The notes: generated from the sequence alone by a model not told the origin. A DNA stretch of 64,000 bases from Candidatus Aldehydirespiratoraceae bacterium (GCA_965221635.1 OZ244902.1:214029-278028), one strand, 5' to 3'. Counted from the first letter of the stretch, positions 17,852 to 28,199 are shown. Program-made: numbers and translations.

Positions 17852-20348
17852 GGGAGATCAGATCTCCTATCTGCTCCGGGGTGAGGCCCATCTCGGCTGC
17901 GACTTCACGGGTGTTGGCGCCAAGCCCGGGAGCGGGACGAATGTTGGGGCCGTCCATGGCGGTGGCCCAGAACGCGGCGCCCTCGAAGGTCATGATCCCG
18001 ATGGGGGGCTGATCGAGTTCCACCAGGTACCCGCGGGCCGCCAGGTGCGGGTCGTTCATCTGCTCACAGGAGGTGAGCATCGGCCCGGCCGGCACTCCCG
18101 CCGCGAGGCACGCCTCGGTGGCTTCGTGTTTGGTGAGCTTGGCCGTCCACGCCCCGACAGCGGCCTCCACCTCGTCTTCGCGGGCGCGCCGGGCCGCAGC
18201 ACCGGCAAGCGACGGGTCGTCGATCCCGGCGAGCCGCGCCAGTGCCGCCCATTCGTGGTCGTTGCGGCAGCACACCGCCACCCACTGGTCGTCCCCGGTG
18301 CAGCGAAACAAACCCCACGGCACGCCCCGGGGGCGGCGATTGCCCTGCGGGCGGGTGGATCCCGGCGCCAGTGACTCCTGAGCGAGAAGGTCGCCCATCA
18401 CGCCCACCACCTGCTCCACCTGGCACACCTCGGCATGGCAGCCTTCCGTGATAGCTCCCCGGCGGCGGCCCAGAAGCGCCGCCACAGCCGCCAGCGCGCC
18501 CATGCGCCCGGCCCAGTGATCCGGGAAGATCGCCTGCGACCCCGACGGCCGTGCCGTGTCGGGGTAGTCCCACAGGTAGGTCATGCCGCCGGTGACCTGT
18601 GTGTTGGGGCCGTAACCGAGCCAGTTGGCCCACTCACCGGTGGAGCCCATCAACTGTGACGACACCATCACCACGTTCGGGTTCGCCTCGGACATGTCGC
18701 CGTAGCCGAGGCCCAGGTTTTCCATCGTGCCGGTGGAGCCGTTTTCGATCACCACGTCCACCCCGGAAGCCACCCAATCCAACAAGAACTGCCGCCCCTC
18801 GGGGGTTTTGGCGTTCACGCCGAGGCTGCGTTTGGATCGGGACGACGAAGCGAAACTGGGTGACATCTCACCGCCGAGAACCACCCGAATGAAATCCGGG
18901 TAGGTGCGGCTCTCCACTTTCACCACATCGGCGCCGTACTCGGCCAGCATCCGTCCCACCTCCACGCCAACCCCGCCATGGCCGAAATCGGCAACCCGAA
19001 CCCCCGCCAACGGCGCCGACGGTGGCCGTGGCGAATCGACTGCGTCGGCATCGGGCGCACTGCGCTCGGAGGCTGCTTCGGGCCGGGTGGCCTGTAGTTG
19101 CGACAGCACCTGGTCGGTGTGTTCGCCCACGTGGGGTGGTCGTCCGATGGGGCCAACCCGCCGGCCGTTCATCTCCATCCATCCCGATGGGAGGCTCATG
19201 ATCTTGTTGTTGGGCAACGGCACACGGTCGAACGTGTCGCGGCTGGCGAAATGGGTGTTGGTGAGCACGTCGGCGGGTTTGAGGATGGGGGTGGCGACAA
19301 TGCCGCGGCGTTGCGCCTCGGTGGACACCTCCTCCATGGTCATTGTGGAGAACAACTCCTCGTAGAGGGGGTTGAGCACCGCGTCGGCGACCATCAAACG
19401 GCCTATGAACGAGTCGTACTCGGCGTCCTGCAGGTAATCGGGCTCGCCGAGCCATGCCCGGATTGCGTGCCACTGGCGGGGGCTGAGCACCACCAGGCGC
19501 ACGAAACCGTCCTTGGTGGCGATGATCGTGTACACCGGGCCGGGGCCTGCGCGCACCTCGGTGGGGGTGACGCCCGAGGCGACCGTGCGTGACGCGTTGG
19601 ACAGCGACCAGTCGGTGATCTGCGCGGTGGATTCGTTGGCGGACACGTCGATCAGCTGGCCCGCTTCGCCACGAGGGGCGCCTTGGGATTGGATCAGCGC
19701 GCACACCGCCGCGAAAGCGCCGATCAGCCCTGCCGTGTCGTTGGCCACCTCGCCTGGAGGCATGAGCGGTTCACGCTCGGGAAGTCCGGCCTTCCAGCAC
19801 ATGCCCGAAGTGGCGTCAATCACCGATCCGGGGACGTCACGCCCGGCGTAGGGCCCGGTGCGGCCGTAAGCGGTGATCGACACCACAACCAGGTGCGGGT
19901 GGCGCCGCGCCACGGCTTCGGCTTCCAGGTCGGGGCGCGCCGCCGCGTCCCAAGCCTGAGGCTCGGCCGAGTCGATCAGCACGTCGCCTGCGCCCAGCAA
20001 CGCCTCCAGGCGCGCCGAGTCGCCGTGGTGGTGGCTTTCCGGTTTCGCAGCCAGGTCGAGCACCACGCTTCGCTTGCCGCAATTTCTGAAGGTGAAGAAC
20101 AGCGAATGGGTCGGGTCGTTCGGATCCACGGGAGGCAGTGCGCGGCTGGGCGCGCCGCCGGGGGGTTCCACCTTGATCACCTCGGCGCCGAGATCGCTCA
20201 GCAGCCGTCCCGCCATTTCGCCCCGGTCGGTGGCCAGCTCCACCACCTTCACTCCCGCAAGGGGCCGCACAGGGCCGTTCGGGGTGGTCATCTCAGCTTG
20301 CCGGCCTCCGCACGAAGAATCTGCGGGCGCCAACTCGGCGTTTGCCAA
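17808..20348 (-). CDS. tandem-duplicated family III CoA-transferase (CaiB/BaiF type), two complete modules in one polypeptide
   Basis: Two N-terminal signatures: VKVVELATDRGEMAGRLLSDLGAEVIKVEPPGG and VRVADFGHGGVGVEVGRMLAEYGADVVKVESR. 846 aa. Confidence 0.8.
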   Translation of the reverse strand: MANAELAPADSSCGGRQAEMTTPNGPVRPLAGVKVVELATDRGEMAGRLLSDLGAEVIKVEPPGGAPSRALPPVDPNDPTHSLFFTFRNCGKRSVVLDLAAKPESHHHGDSARLEALLGAGDVLIDSAEPQAWDAAARPDLEAEAVARRHPHLVVVSITAYGRTGPYAGRDVPGSVIDATSGMCWKAGLPEREPLMPPGEVANDTAGLIGAFAAVCALIQSQGAPRGEAGQLIDVSANESTAQITDWSLSNASRTVASGVTPTEVRAGPGPVYTIIATKDGFVRLVVLSPRQWHAIRAWLGEPDYLQDAEYDSFIGRLMVADAVLNPLYEELFSTMTMEEVSTEAQRRGIVATPILKPADVLTNTHFASRDTFDRVPLPNNKIMSLPSGWMEMNGRRVGPIGRPPHVGEHTDQVLSQLQATRPEAASERSAPDADAVDSPRPPSAPLAGVRVADFGHGGVGVEVGRMLAEYGADVVKVESRTYPDFIRVVLGGEMSPSFASSSRSKRSLGVNAKTPEGRQFLLDWVASGVDVVIENGSTGTMENLGLGYGDMSEANPNVVMVSSQLMGSTGEWANWLGYGPNTQVTGGMTYLWDYPDTARPSGSQAIFPDHWAGRMGALAAVAALLGRRRGAITEGCHAEVCQVEQVVGVMGDLLAQESLAPGSTRPQGNRRPRGVPWGLFRCTGDDQWVAVCCRNDHEWAALARLAGIDDPSLAGAAARRAREDEVEAAVGAWTAKLTKHEATEACLAAGVPAGPMLTSCEQMNDPHLAARGYLVELDQPPIGIMTFEGAAFWATAMDGPNIRPAPGLGANTREVAAEMGLTPEQIGDLISRGVLETDPPAQPGR

Positions 20349-20400
20349 CAGGGCGAACCGCCGACCCGGCGGTGGTGCCGGCGCCGGCGCCGGGGCGAGT

Positions 20401-21282
20401 TCACGACTGGGGCTTGTCGATGCTGGTCATGGTGGGAACATCCCAGCGAGAATCCTCGGCGCCGTTGCGGGCCAGATCCGGGGGCCAAGCCAGCTCGTAA
20501 TGGTCGAGGAACTCGTCGGACACAGCCCACCTGAAGAACCTGTGCACCACCGACGCGTAGCGAGAAGCCTCATGTGCGCAGCCCGCAGGGTTGAACGGTG
20601 CGAGCACCTCGGTGAAGGCATCCAGATCGAGCAGCCACGCGGGCTCATCGCCGGGCCCGAGCAGTTCGGGATCGGTGCCGGGCGCCATGTGCCCCCAGCG
20701 GCCCGACAGTGTCACGTCACCCGAGGTGAACTCGGCGACGGTGCTGTGGTGGTGCATTTCGGCGCTGCCCATGGCGGTGCCGGCAAGGCCGAGCAGTTCG
20801 GGACGAATGAACTCCCCGAGCCGGTCGTGCGCCTCGCCTTTGAACAGGTTGGTGTAACGCACCCCCACCCTGGTGGACATGATCGGACGGATGTGAACGC
20901 CAACCGAGTCCAGCACGTGACGCAGGCGCCTGTGAAAGTCGAAGCGTTCGGTGTAGCTCTCGCAGTCCAGCGAGCAGAAGTCCTCGGCCAGGGTGACCTG
21001 CCAGGTTTGGTCGACGTCGCTTAGGCGCCAGATCGGGGCGTGGGACACTCCCAGCATGCCGTCGTCGCCACGATCCACCCGCTGGCGAAATTCGCGGTTG
21101 AGCAGCGGATAACGATGCCGCATGTCCTCCTGGAAACCGGCAACGAAAGCGTCTTCGCGCACGCTCAGCACCGGAGTGAACTGAACCTGGGCCACCACTC
21201 GCACCAGCGGATCGTGCCCCAGCGGCACCCGTGGCACGTCCGCGCCGAAGGGCCCGTCCGGCGCCAGGTTCCAGGTTCCCAC
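20401..21282 (-). CDS. uncharacterised protein, resembles the TIGR04255 family
   Basis: 293 aa. The N-terminus PLVRVVAQVQFTPVLSV is typical of that family as I recall it. No function is known. Confidence 0.45.
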   Translation of the reverse strand: MGTWNLAPDGPFGADVPRVPLGHDPLVRVVAQVQFTPVLSVREDAFVAGFQEDMRHRYPLLNREFRQRVDRGDDGMLGVSHAPIWRLSDVDQTWQVTLAEDFCSLDCESYTERFDFHRRLRHVLDSVGVHIRPIMSTRVGVRYTNLFKGEAHDRLGEFIRPELLGLAGTAMGSAEMHHHSTVAEFTSGDVTLSGRWGHMAPGTDPELLGPGDEPAWLLDLDAFTEVLAPFNPAGCAHEASRYASVVHRFFRWAVSDEFLDHYELAWPPDLARNGAEDSRWDVPTMTSIDKPQS

Positions 21283-21388
21283 AAGCCAAGGCTACGCCGG
21301 GGGTGCGAACGGCGGCCCGTCGAGGCAGGCGGGTCAACCGGGCGAGTCGGGTCAGCCAGATCAGCCGAGTCCGGCAGATCAGCCGGGG

Positions 21389-22588
21389 TCAGCCGGGATC
21401 GCGCCCGAAGATCCCCACGAAGCTCACCATTTCGCCCGGATAGCCGCCAAGGTTCTGGGTGAGACCCAACGTGGGGCCGCCTTCGGGGATGCGACGCTGC
21501 GCGGGGGCTTCCCCACGCAGTTGCAACCAAACCTCGTACAGCATTCGCAGGCCGCTGGCCCCAACCGGATGACCGAACGACTTGAGGCCGCCGTCGGTGT
21601 TCACCGGCAACTCGCCGTCAAGGTCGAACACCCCGTCGAGCACGTCACCGGCGGCATGGCCCGGCGCGGAGAACCCCAAGTCCTCCATCAAAACGAGTTC
21701 GGTGGGTGTGAAACAGTCGTGAACCTCGGCGAGGGCGAGCTGGGCGCGGGGGTTGGTGATTTGCGCCTGGGCGTAGGCGTCCCGGGCGGCTGCCACGCAT
21801 TCGGGCATGGTGGAGTAGTCGTAGTCCGGGTCAAGCGACCCGGCGCCGGTGCCGGTCACCACCGACAGCGCCTTCACATACAGCGGCTTTTCGCACAAAC
21901 CGGGGGCCTGGTCGGCTCTGCACACGATCGCCGCGGCGGCGCCGTCTGCCACCCCTGCGCAGTCGAACACGCTGAGCTTGCCCGCCACCGTCGGCAGTGC
22001 GCAGATCCGTTCGGCTGATATTTCGCGCCGGAACTGAGCCAGCGGGTTGCGGGCGCCGTTGTGATGGTTCTTCTGCGCGATTCGCGCCGCCGCGTAGCGC
22101 ACCTCGTCGGGGTCGAGGTGGTGGCGCTGCGCGTACGCGTCGAGCATCAAGCTGAACATCGCCGCGGCGGTGAGGTTTCGCTGCGTTCCGTCGGTGGGTA
22201 TCGGGAACGCGTTGAGGCCCTGGTAGCCGCTGTCCTTCACCTTCTCGGCGCCGAGCGCCATGGCAACGTCGTACGCGCCGGAGGCCACCGCGTAGCAGGC
22301 TTGACGCAGCGCCTCGCTGCCGGTGGCGCAGAAGTTCTCCACCCTGGTGACCGGCTTGTGTTGGATCTTGAGAGGGGCGGCCATGCCCAAACCCGACGCC
22401 GACGACTGCGACGTGCCGAACCAGAACGCGTCAATGTCGTCCTGGCTGATTCCGGCGTTGGTGTAAGCGGCTTGCGCGGCGTCGATGATCAGGTCATCAA
22501 GGGACTTGTGCCAATGCTCCGCGAAGGGCGTGCAGCCCATTCCGATGATCGCCACCCGGTCGGTGATTCCGTGCGAACCCACTGGTAC
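21389..22588 (-). CDS. thiolase-like protein (SCP-x / lipid-transfer-protein type)
   Basis: VAIIGMGCTPF, nucleophile region ENFCATGSEAL, and C-terminal HDCF and GHPVGASGLRM. Start set near the GTG at 22588, after the upstream stop at 22626. Confidence 0.8.
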   Translation of the reverse strand, partial: VPVGSHGITDRVAIIGMGCTPFAEHWHKSLDDLIIDAAQAAYTNAGISQDDIDAFWFGTSQSSASGLGMAAPLKIQHKPVTRVENFCATGSEALRQACYAVASGAYDVAMALGAEKVKDSGYQGLNAFPIPTDGTQRNLTAAAMFSLMLDAYAQRHHLDPDEVRYAAARIAQKNHHNGARNPLAQFRREISAERICALPTVAGKLSVFDCAGVADGAAAAIVCRADQAPGLCEKPLYVKALSVVTGTGAGSLDPDYDYSTMPECVAAARDAYAQAQITNPRAQLALAEVHDCFTPTELVLMEDLGFSAPGHAAGDVLDGVFDLDGELPVNTDGGLKSFGHPVGASGLRMLYEVWLQLRGEAPAQRRIPEGGPTLGLTQNLGGYPGEMVSFVGIFGRDPG

Positions 22589-22625
22589 CCCTTTCGACTG
22601 ACCGGCTCGTCGGACCGCCGCTGTC

Positions 22626-24074
22626 CTACTCGGCGCCGGTGGGAGACTGCGGCTCGCCAACCGGGCGGGCCTTCCAGAAATAGTTGTGAACCCCGTCGGC
22701 TGTGAACAGGCGCCTGAAGGTAGGAGTGACACGCATGCCCACGTGTACGTCTTGGGCGTTCACGTCGGTGAGCTCGAGCGGAACTCTGCCGCCGCCGTCG
22801 AAATCGACCACGGCGAACACCACCGGAGGGCTCGGCGAGTAAACCAGCCTGTCCACCGTGAACGCCGCCACCGTGCCGGTGTGCTGCGCCATGGGCGACG
22901 GCGCCATGTCGTCGGTGGCGCCTCCCTTTTGTGACACCCGCGCCGGGGGCAGGTGCACCATTTGAGACGCCCTGTCGCGTGAGCCGACCAGCCCGAACTT
23001 CCAGTCCGACCGGCGATGCGCAGCCGGAGTGGAAGGCCGCGACGGTGTGGGCCTGTTGGGGGGTTCGGTCACCAGCATCTGCCGCCACGACAGGAACCGC
23101 CCGTAGCTCACAGGGCCCCCCGCTTCGATTTGTGAACGCAGCGACGCTTGCGGCTGGTGGCCGGCCAACGCTTCGGTGGTTCGCAGGATCATCACCTCGG
23201 CCCCATCCGCGAGTGCCACTACCGCGATCATCTCACCGGGTGAGGCTTGTTCGAGCGCGGCGCACAGCATCACACCCGCGTGGGCGGCGCCGGTGTTGCC
23301 GACAGTGTCCTGGAGGGGGTCGACAACCTTGGCGTGGGGGGCGAGCCGGGCGAGCTCCGCTGTGGCGCGGCGGGTGGCGCGGCTGCTGAGACCGGTGACC
23401 GCGAGATGATCGATCGACTCGCCGCTGATGTTGGCCCGCTGGATGGCTTCGGTGAGGGCCTCGACCGCGGCGGGGGGGTACACCGTTTCGGTGAAGCGCT
23501 CCTCCCACACTCGCGACACTGTCTCGCCGGGCAGTCGCCACCGTTCGGTGATCTCGATGGTGCGGGCGGCTGATCCCAGATGCTGCGCCAACAGCGGGGC
23601 GCCGCCATCAGCGTCGGGGGCGTCGCCGATCAACAGCGCGGCCGCGGCGTCGCCTGCGGTGGCCTCGTCGGCGCCTCCGGGGAGTCCGTCACGCAGGTCG
23701 GCCGTCACCACCAGCACCGTCGACCCCCTGGCGCCGAGCGCGGCGCGCAAAGTCCCCGGGCCTGAGCGCAACGCGCCGCCCATGTCGACGGCGCCCACCC
23801 CGGCGGGCAGTCTCAGCGCCGCGTGAATTGCGGTGGCGTTTGTCTTGTCCAGGTAGGCGGGCGTGGACGTGGCGAACCACACCGCTTCCGGTTGCGCTTG
23901 CGTGGCGCCCAGAGCCATGGCTGCCGCGGCGACACCCATGGTGGTGGTGTCCTCGTCGTAGGACGCCACCGCCCGCTGCCCGCCGCCGCCGCCGGTGCCC
24001 ACAACAGCGGCGATCTCGCTGCGGTCGAGGCGGTGGTGCGGCACATAAGCGGCCGCTGCGATCACTCCCCGCAC
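22626..24074 (-). CDS. HMG-CoA-synthase-like / thiolase-fold domain fused to a C-terminal DUF35 OB-fold domain
   Basis: N-terminus MRGVIAAAAYVPHHRLDRSEI...ASYDEDTTTMG. C-terminus VVFAVVDFDGGGRVPLELTDV...VGMRVTPTF (DUF35-like). No Cys is seen where the acyl-enzyme Cys is expected (VDMGGALRSG). Confidence 0.65.
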   Translation of the reverse strand: MRGVIAAAAYVPHHRLDRSEIAAVVGTGGGGGQRAVASYDEDTTTMGVAAAAMALGATQAQPEAVWFATSTPAYLDKTNATAIHAALRLPAGVGAVDMGGALRSGPGTLRAALGARGSTVLVVTADLRDGLPGGADEATAGDAAAALLIGDAPDADGGAPLLAQHLGSAARTIEITERWRLPGETVSRVWEERFTETVYPPAAVEALTEAIQRANISGESIDHLAVTGLSSRATRRATAELARLAPHAKVVDPLQDTVGNTGAAHAGVMLCAALEQASPGEMIAVVALADGAEVMILRTTEALAGHQPQASLRSQIEAGGPVSYGRFLSWRQMLVTEPPNRPTPSRPSTPAAHRRSDWKFGLVGSRDRASQMVHLPPARVSQKGGATDDMAPSPMAQHTGTVAAFTVDRLVYSPSPPVVFAVVDFDGGGRVPLELTDVNAQDVHVGMRVTPTFRRLFTADGVHNYFWKARPVGEPQSPTGAE

Positions 24075-24172
24075 CGGGTCAACCTACCCGTACCCGACCG
24101 AGGCGAACCCGGCAAACCCGGCAAACCGCAGCGCGGGCGGCGCCGCGGGAACCCGGCGGGCGGCTTGTGGGG

Positions 24173-25342
24173 CTAAGGGCCGTCGATGGTGGGAACGTGA
24201 CGGGAACGCAGCGTGCAAAGCGAACCGTTCACCCGGATCTGACCGTCGGTGATCACAAGCGCCACTCCGGGGAACTCCCCGGCGGCGATTGCCTGCGGGG
24301 CGTTGTCGCACACTGAACCCAGCGAAGCGTCCATCACCACCACATCCGCGGGCGCGCCCTTGGTGATGGTGTTGGCGTCGGTGCCGAAAGCTCGAGCGGC
24401 TTGACCCGATGCCACCGCCCACGCCGCTTCGGGCGCCACGGGAACCATCGAGGAGATGTCGGCCACAGTTTTGAGAATGCCCAGGGAGGTCACACCGAAA
24501 CCTGTGGGTGTGTCGGTGCCGATCAGCAACCGGTGAAGCGACCCGGTCTCCGCTAGGCGTTGCGCTGCTCGCAGCATCGACCGTGTGCCCCCGGCTTGCA
24601 CCACCTCCACGTAGTCGGGGCCCTCAGGGCCGCACAGCATGTCGATGTCGGCGTCGGACAGCGACGCGAACGTGTTCACATGCGACGCGATCGACGGACG
24701 GGTGGTCATCACGTCGTCCGCGGAGAAGTAGGGATGCTCGTCACCACCCGGGCCCCGATCCGACGTGCAACCGCAGTGCATGTGAACGGTCATCCCCAGG
24801 CTTCGAGCATGAGCGGCGAGCTCCCCGGCACGCACCGGGTTCTTCAACGAGCCGATCCCCACCTCACCGATGATGCGCATGCCCGCCGCGAATGCCCGGT
24901 CAATGTGATCGATGTCGGTGTCCTTTTCGAGCAGCATCGCCCCGCCGTGAACCTTCATGCCGCCGGGGCGGTAACGCGAATACGAGTAGTGCGCGCCCAT
25001 GGCTATGCCCAGCGCAGACTCGGCGCCCGCACGGCCAGGGGTGTGAACCTCACCCGCGGAAATGGCCCTGGTTACCGCTCCGTGCAGCATTCGCTCCAGG
25101 TATCCCACCGACTGTTGCTTGGTGCCGTAGTCGCCGGTGGTGGGATGCATGTGGGTGTCCACAAGCCCCGGCGCCACCGTCATCGCCTTGCAATCAACCG
25201 CGGTGTGCGGGCCCGCGATGTCGGCTTGGTCGAAGGACACGATGTGACCATCGTCGATCACGATCACGTCCACGTCTTCGCGCACCGGCGCCTCGGGCAC
25301 GCCTGTGAACACCGTGGCGATGTTGTGGAGCACTAGCTGCAT
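24173..25342 (-). CDS. metal-dependent amidohydrolase family protein
   Basis: VDTHMHP metal-binding motif, later HMHCG and GTD blocks. 389 aa. Confidence 0.75.
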   Translation of the reverse strand: MQLVLHNIATVFTGVPEAPVREDVDVIVIDDGHIVSFDQADIAGPHTAVDCKAMTVAPGLVDTHMHPTTGDYGTKQQSVGYLERMLHGAVTRAISAGEVHTPGRAGAESALGIAMGAHYSYSRYRPGGMKVHGGAMLLEKDTDIDHIDRAFAAGMRIIGEVGIGSLKNPVRAGELAAHARSLGMTVHMHCGCTSDRGPGGDEHPYFSADDVMTTRPSIASHVNTFASLSDADIDMLCGPEGPDYVEVVQAGGTRSMLRAAQRLAETGSLHRLLIGTDTPTGFGVTSLGILKTVADISSMVPVAPEAAWAVASGQAARAFGTDANTITKGAPADVVVMDASLGSVCDNAPQAIAAGEFPGVALVITDGQIRVNGSLCTLRSRHVPTIDGP

Positions 25343-25400
25343 GTCAACCTCCCAACAACAGGAACTGTGAGCCCAACCACAAGAACTGTGAGCGCTGCCA

Positions 25401-26387
25401 TCACACCTCGGGAAGCACCTTGTTCACGAACAGGTCGATCTGCGCGGGGTCGTCGGTGAGAGGGTTCACGATCAGGTGGTCGATCCCCGCTGCTTTGAGT
25501 TCGCGCACCCGTGTTGCGATCTGGTCGATCGTGCCGAACATGTACGCGCTGCGCAGGTCGTCGTCGCTGCGTTTGACATCCATCACCGTTCGGTACGCGG
25601 CGAGTTGTTCGGCCATCACCCGCTCGGAATCCGCCGAGTCCACCAGATGCACCCACTGGGCGTGCGAGAACGTGAAATCGTCCATCGAGCGCCTCCCGGC
25701 CAGGTGGTTGCGCACCTTGGAAATGTCATCGGCCACTATTTCGGGGCTGGTGCCGCTGGAACGACAAATCCACCCTTGGTGGCGGCCGATGCGGGCAAGC
25801 ACCGCGGGGGCCATGTTGGGAGTGTCCACGTTGTCCACCACGTGTACTTGCGATCCGCCACCGATCCATATCGGTATCGGCCGTTCGGGACGGGGATACA
25901 GGGTGGTGCCGGCGGCCACCTGGTAGTAGGCGCCGTTGTACTCCACGTGGTCGTTGCGCAGCAGCAAGCCGATCAACTCCAGGGCCTCGTCGGTGCGGCG
26001 ACCCCGCTCTCGCCGTGGTATCCCCACCGACGCGAACTCCATGTCGTCATGGCCCGTGCCCACACCAAGGATCACCCGACCGCCGCCGGCGAGATGATCG
26101 AGGCTGGCCACCTCCTTGGCGGTGATCGTGGGATGACGAAACGGCGCGCACAAAATCGCGGTGCCCAACCGGATCCGTTCGGTGGCCCCCGCGGCCACCG
26201 CCAAGGTGATCATCGGATCCTGCCACGCCACCGAGTACACGTTGGGCGCCACCAGCAAATGATCGATCACCCATATCGCCGAGAAACCGGCCTCTTCTGT
26301 GCGCGCAAAGTAGGGCACCAACTTGCGGGTTTGTGCGGCGTCAATGTGAGCGCTCGCGTAAGACGGAACCCGCCAACCGAAATCCAT
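25401..26387 (-). CDS. LLM-class flavin/F420-dependent oxidoreductase
   Basis: Luciferase-like layout: FSAIWVIDHLL, ILGVGTGH, and TIDQIATRVRELKAAGIDHLIV. Confidence 0.75.
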   Translation of the reverse strand: MDFGWRVPSYASAHIDAAQTRKLVPYFARTEEAGFSAIWVIDHLLVAPNVYSVAWQDPMITLAVAAGATERIRLGTAILCAPFRHPTITAKEVASLDHLAGGGRVILGVGTGHDDMEFASVGIPRRERGRRTDEALELIGLLLRNDHVEYNGAYYQVAAGTTLYPRPERPIPIWIGGGSQVHVVDNVDTPNMAPAVLARIGRHQGWICRSSGTSPEIVADDISKVRNHLAGRRSMDDFTFSHAQWVHLVDSADSERVMAEQLAAYRTVMDVKRSDDDLRSAYMFGTIDQIATRVRELKAAGIDHLIVNPLTDDPAQIDLFVNKVLPEV

Positions 26388-26469
26388 CAGCGGCCACCCT
26401 CGGGCCGCCGCCGGGCGAGGGGCACACCAACTTCTGCGCTCGCCGCGGGGCGGGCGGTGCCGGGTTGTT

Positions 26470-27279
26470 TCACACCGACACTCCGGCGCCTCGTCCGTCT
26501 TCGCGTGAGGCGACCGACCCGTACAGGCGGCGCATCACCAGCCGGTACGACAAGCCGTGGAACTTGTCGAGCAGCAAACCCAGCACCGTGAGCTGCACGA
26601 ACGCCACGAACATCAACTCGGTGTCGAGCGTTCCCTGGGCCACGATTATCAGCGCCCCGAGGCCCTTGTTGGCGCCCACGTACTCGGCCACCACCGCGCC
26701 CACCAGGCTCAACATCAACGCCACCCGCAGACCGCTGAACACCGCAGGCACCGCGAAGGGCACCCGGCCCTTGAGCAGCACCGTCCAGCGCGGGGCGCGC
26801 AACGCTCTGAACAGTTCGAGCACCTCCGCGGGGATCGATCTGAGGCCCAGGTAGGTGTTCTCCAACAGCGGAAAGAACGCTATGAGCGCGGCGATTATCA
26901 CCTTGGGGGTCATTCCGAACCCGAACCAGATCACCAGGATCGGCGCCAGGGCGAACTTGGGCAGCGCCTGGGTGATGATCACATAAGGCATGATCACCCG
27001 CCTGGCGATACCGAACTCCGACGCCAAAGTGCCCAAGCCGATACCGGCAACACCGCCCAGAAGGAACCCGAGCACGATCTCCTGCACGGTGATGCTGATG
27101 TGCGGGTTGGAGCGCCCGGTGGTGATGTAATCCACCAGCCGGTCGAACACGTCGAGAGGTTCGGGCAGCACCAGCGGCGAGGTGCGAGACGCCCACCAAT
27201 GCCAAATCAGGATCAGCAGCGCCGCGCTGAGCGCCACCAGCAGCCGCCCGATCCACGCTTCGCGCCGGTCGCGGCTCAT
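26470..27279 (-). CDS. ABC transporter permease (NitT/TauT family-like)
   Basis: Six-TM permease with an EAA-type loop region (ALPKFALAPILVIWFGFG). Confidence 0.8.
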   Translation of the reverse strand: MSRDRREAWIGRLLVALSAALLILIWHWWASRTSPLVLPEPLDVFDRLVDYITTGRSNPHISITVQEIVLGFLLGGVAGIGLGTLASEFGIARRVIMPYVIITQALPKFALAPILVIWFGFGMTPKVIIAALIAFFPLLENTYLGLRSIPAEVLELFRALRAPRWTVLLKGRVPFAVPAVFSGLRVALMLSLVGAVVAEYVGANKGLGALIIVAQGTLDTELMFVAFVQLTVLGLLLDKFHGLSYRLVMRRLYGSVASREDGRGAGVSV

Positions 27280-27343
27280 CGCTTCGCCCCGAGGTGCGCC
27301 GGTGGGCCGTTTCGCGGGATTTGAAGGCGGAATCGTTGGCGCA

Positions 27344-28114
27344 TCACAGCTGCTCGCGGATGCGACGGCGCATCGCCCAGAACCGCTCGTCGCTTTCCAC
27401 CTCGGCGAAGTTGCGGGGGCGGGGAATGTCCACGTCCACCATGTCGGCCACGGTGCCGGGACGGGCCGACATCACCATCACCTTGTCTGACAGGAACAAC
27501 GCCTCGCCGATGTCGTGGGTGACGAACACCACCGTGGTTTGAGCTTCCTGCCAGATGCGCAACAACTCCAGATTCATCTGATCACGGGTTTGGGCGTCGA
27601 GCGCTCCGAAAGGCTCATCCATCAGCAAGATCGACGGCTCCACCGCCAAGGCTCGGGCCACCGACACCCGCTGCTGCATGCCACCGGACAGTTCGCCGGG
27701 GCGGTGCTTGCGATAGTCGGCGAGCCCCACCATCTCCAGCACCTCCTCGGCCTTTTGGCGGTTGGCCTTCGTGGGCCGGGCGCCGATCTCGAAAGGCAAC
27801 AACACGTTGTCCATCACCGTGCGCCACGGCAACAGCACCGCCTTTTGGAACACGAAACCAACCCTCGGGTCGGGCGCGGTGACCACTTCGTTGCCGATGC
27901 GCACCTCACCGGAACTGGGCGCCACCAAACCGCCGATGCAGCGCAGCAGCGTGCTCTTGCCGCACCCCGAGGGCCCCACGATCCCGAGGAACTCCTTGGG
28001 CTCGATGTGCAGCCCGATGTCGGTGAGGGCGGCTATGTCACCCGCGTCTGAGACGAACACCTTCGACAGGGCGTCCACCTCGATGGACACCCTGTCGGTT
28101 TGTGTTGTCGCCAC
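27344..28114 (-). CDS. ABC transporter ATP-binding protein (NitT/TauT family-like)
   Basis: GPSGCGKSTLLR, LSGGMQQRVSVARAL, and LLMDEPFGALD. Confidence 0.85.
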   Translation of the reverse strand: MATTQTDRVSIEVDALSKVFVSDAGDIAALTDIGLHIEPKEFLGIVGPSGCGKSTLLRCIGGLVAPSSGEVRIGNEVVTAPDPRVGFVFQKAVLLPWRTVMDNVLLPFEIGARPTKANRQKAEEVLEMVGLADYRKHRPGELSGGMQQRVSVARALAVEPSILLMDEPFGALDAQTRDQMNLELLRIWQEAQTTVVFVTHDIGEALFLSDKVMVMSARPGTVADMVDVDIPRPRNFAEVESDERFWAMRRRIREQL

Positions 28115-28199
28115 CTCGAACCCCCGACTCCGACACCCGGCTACCAGCGACGGCTGCCGTGATCGTTGCCGGTGTTGGCGAAGTTGGCCGAGGGGTTGC

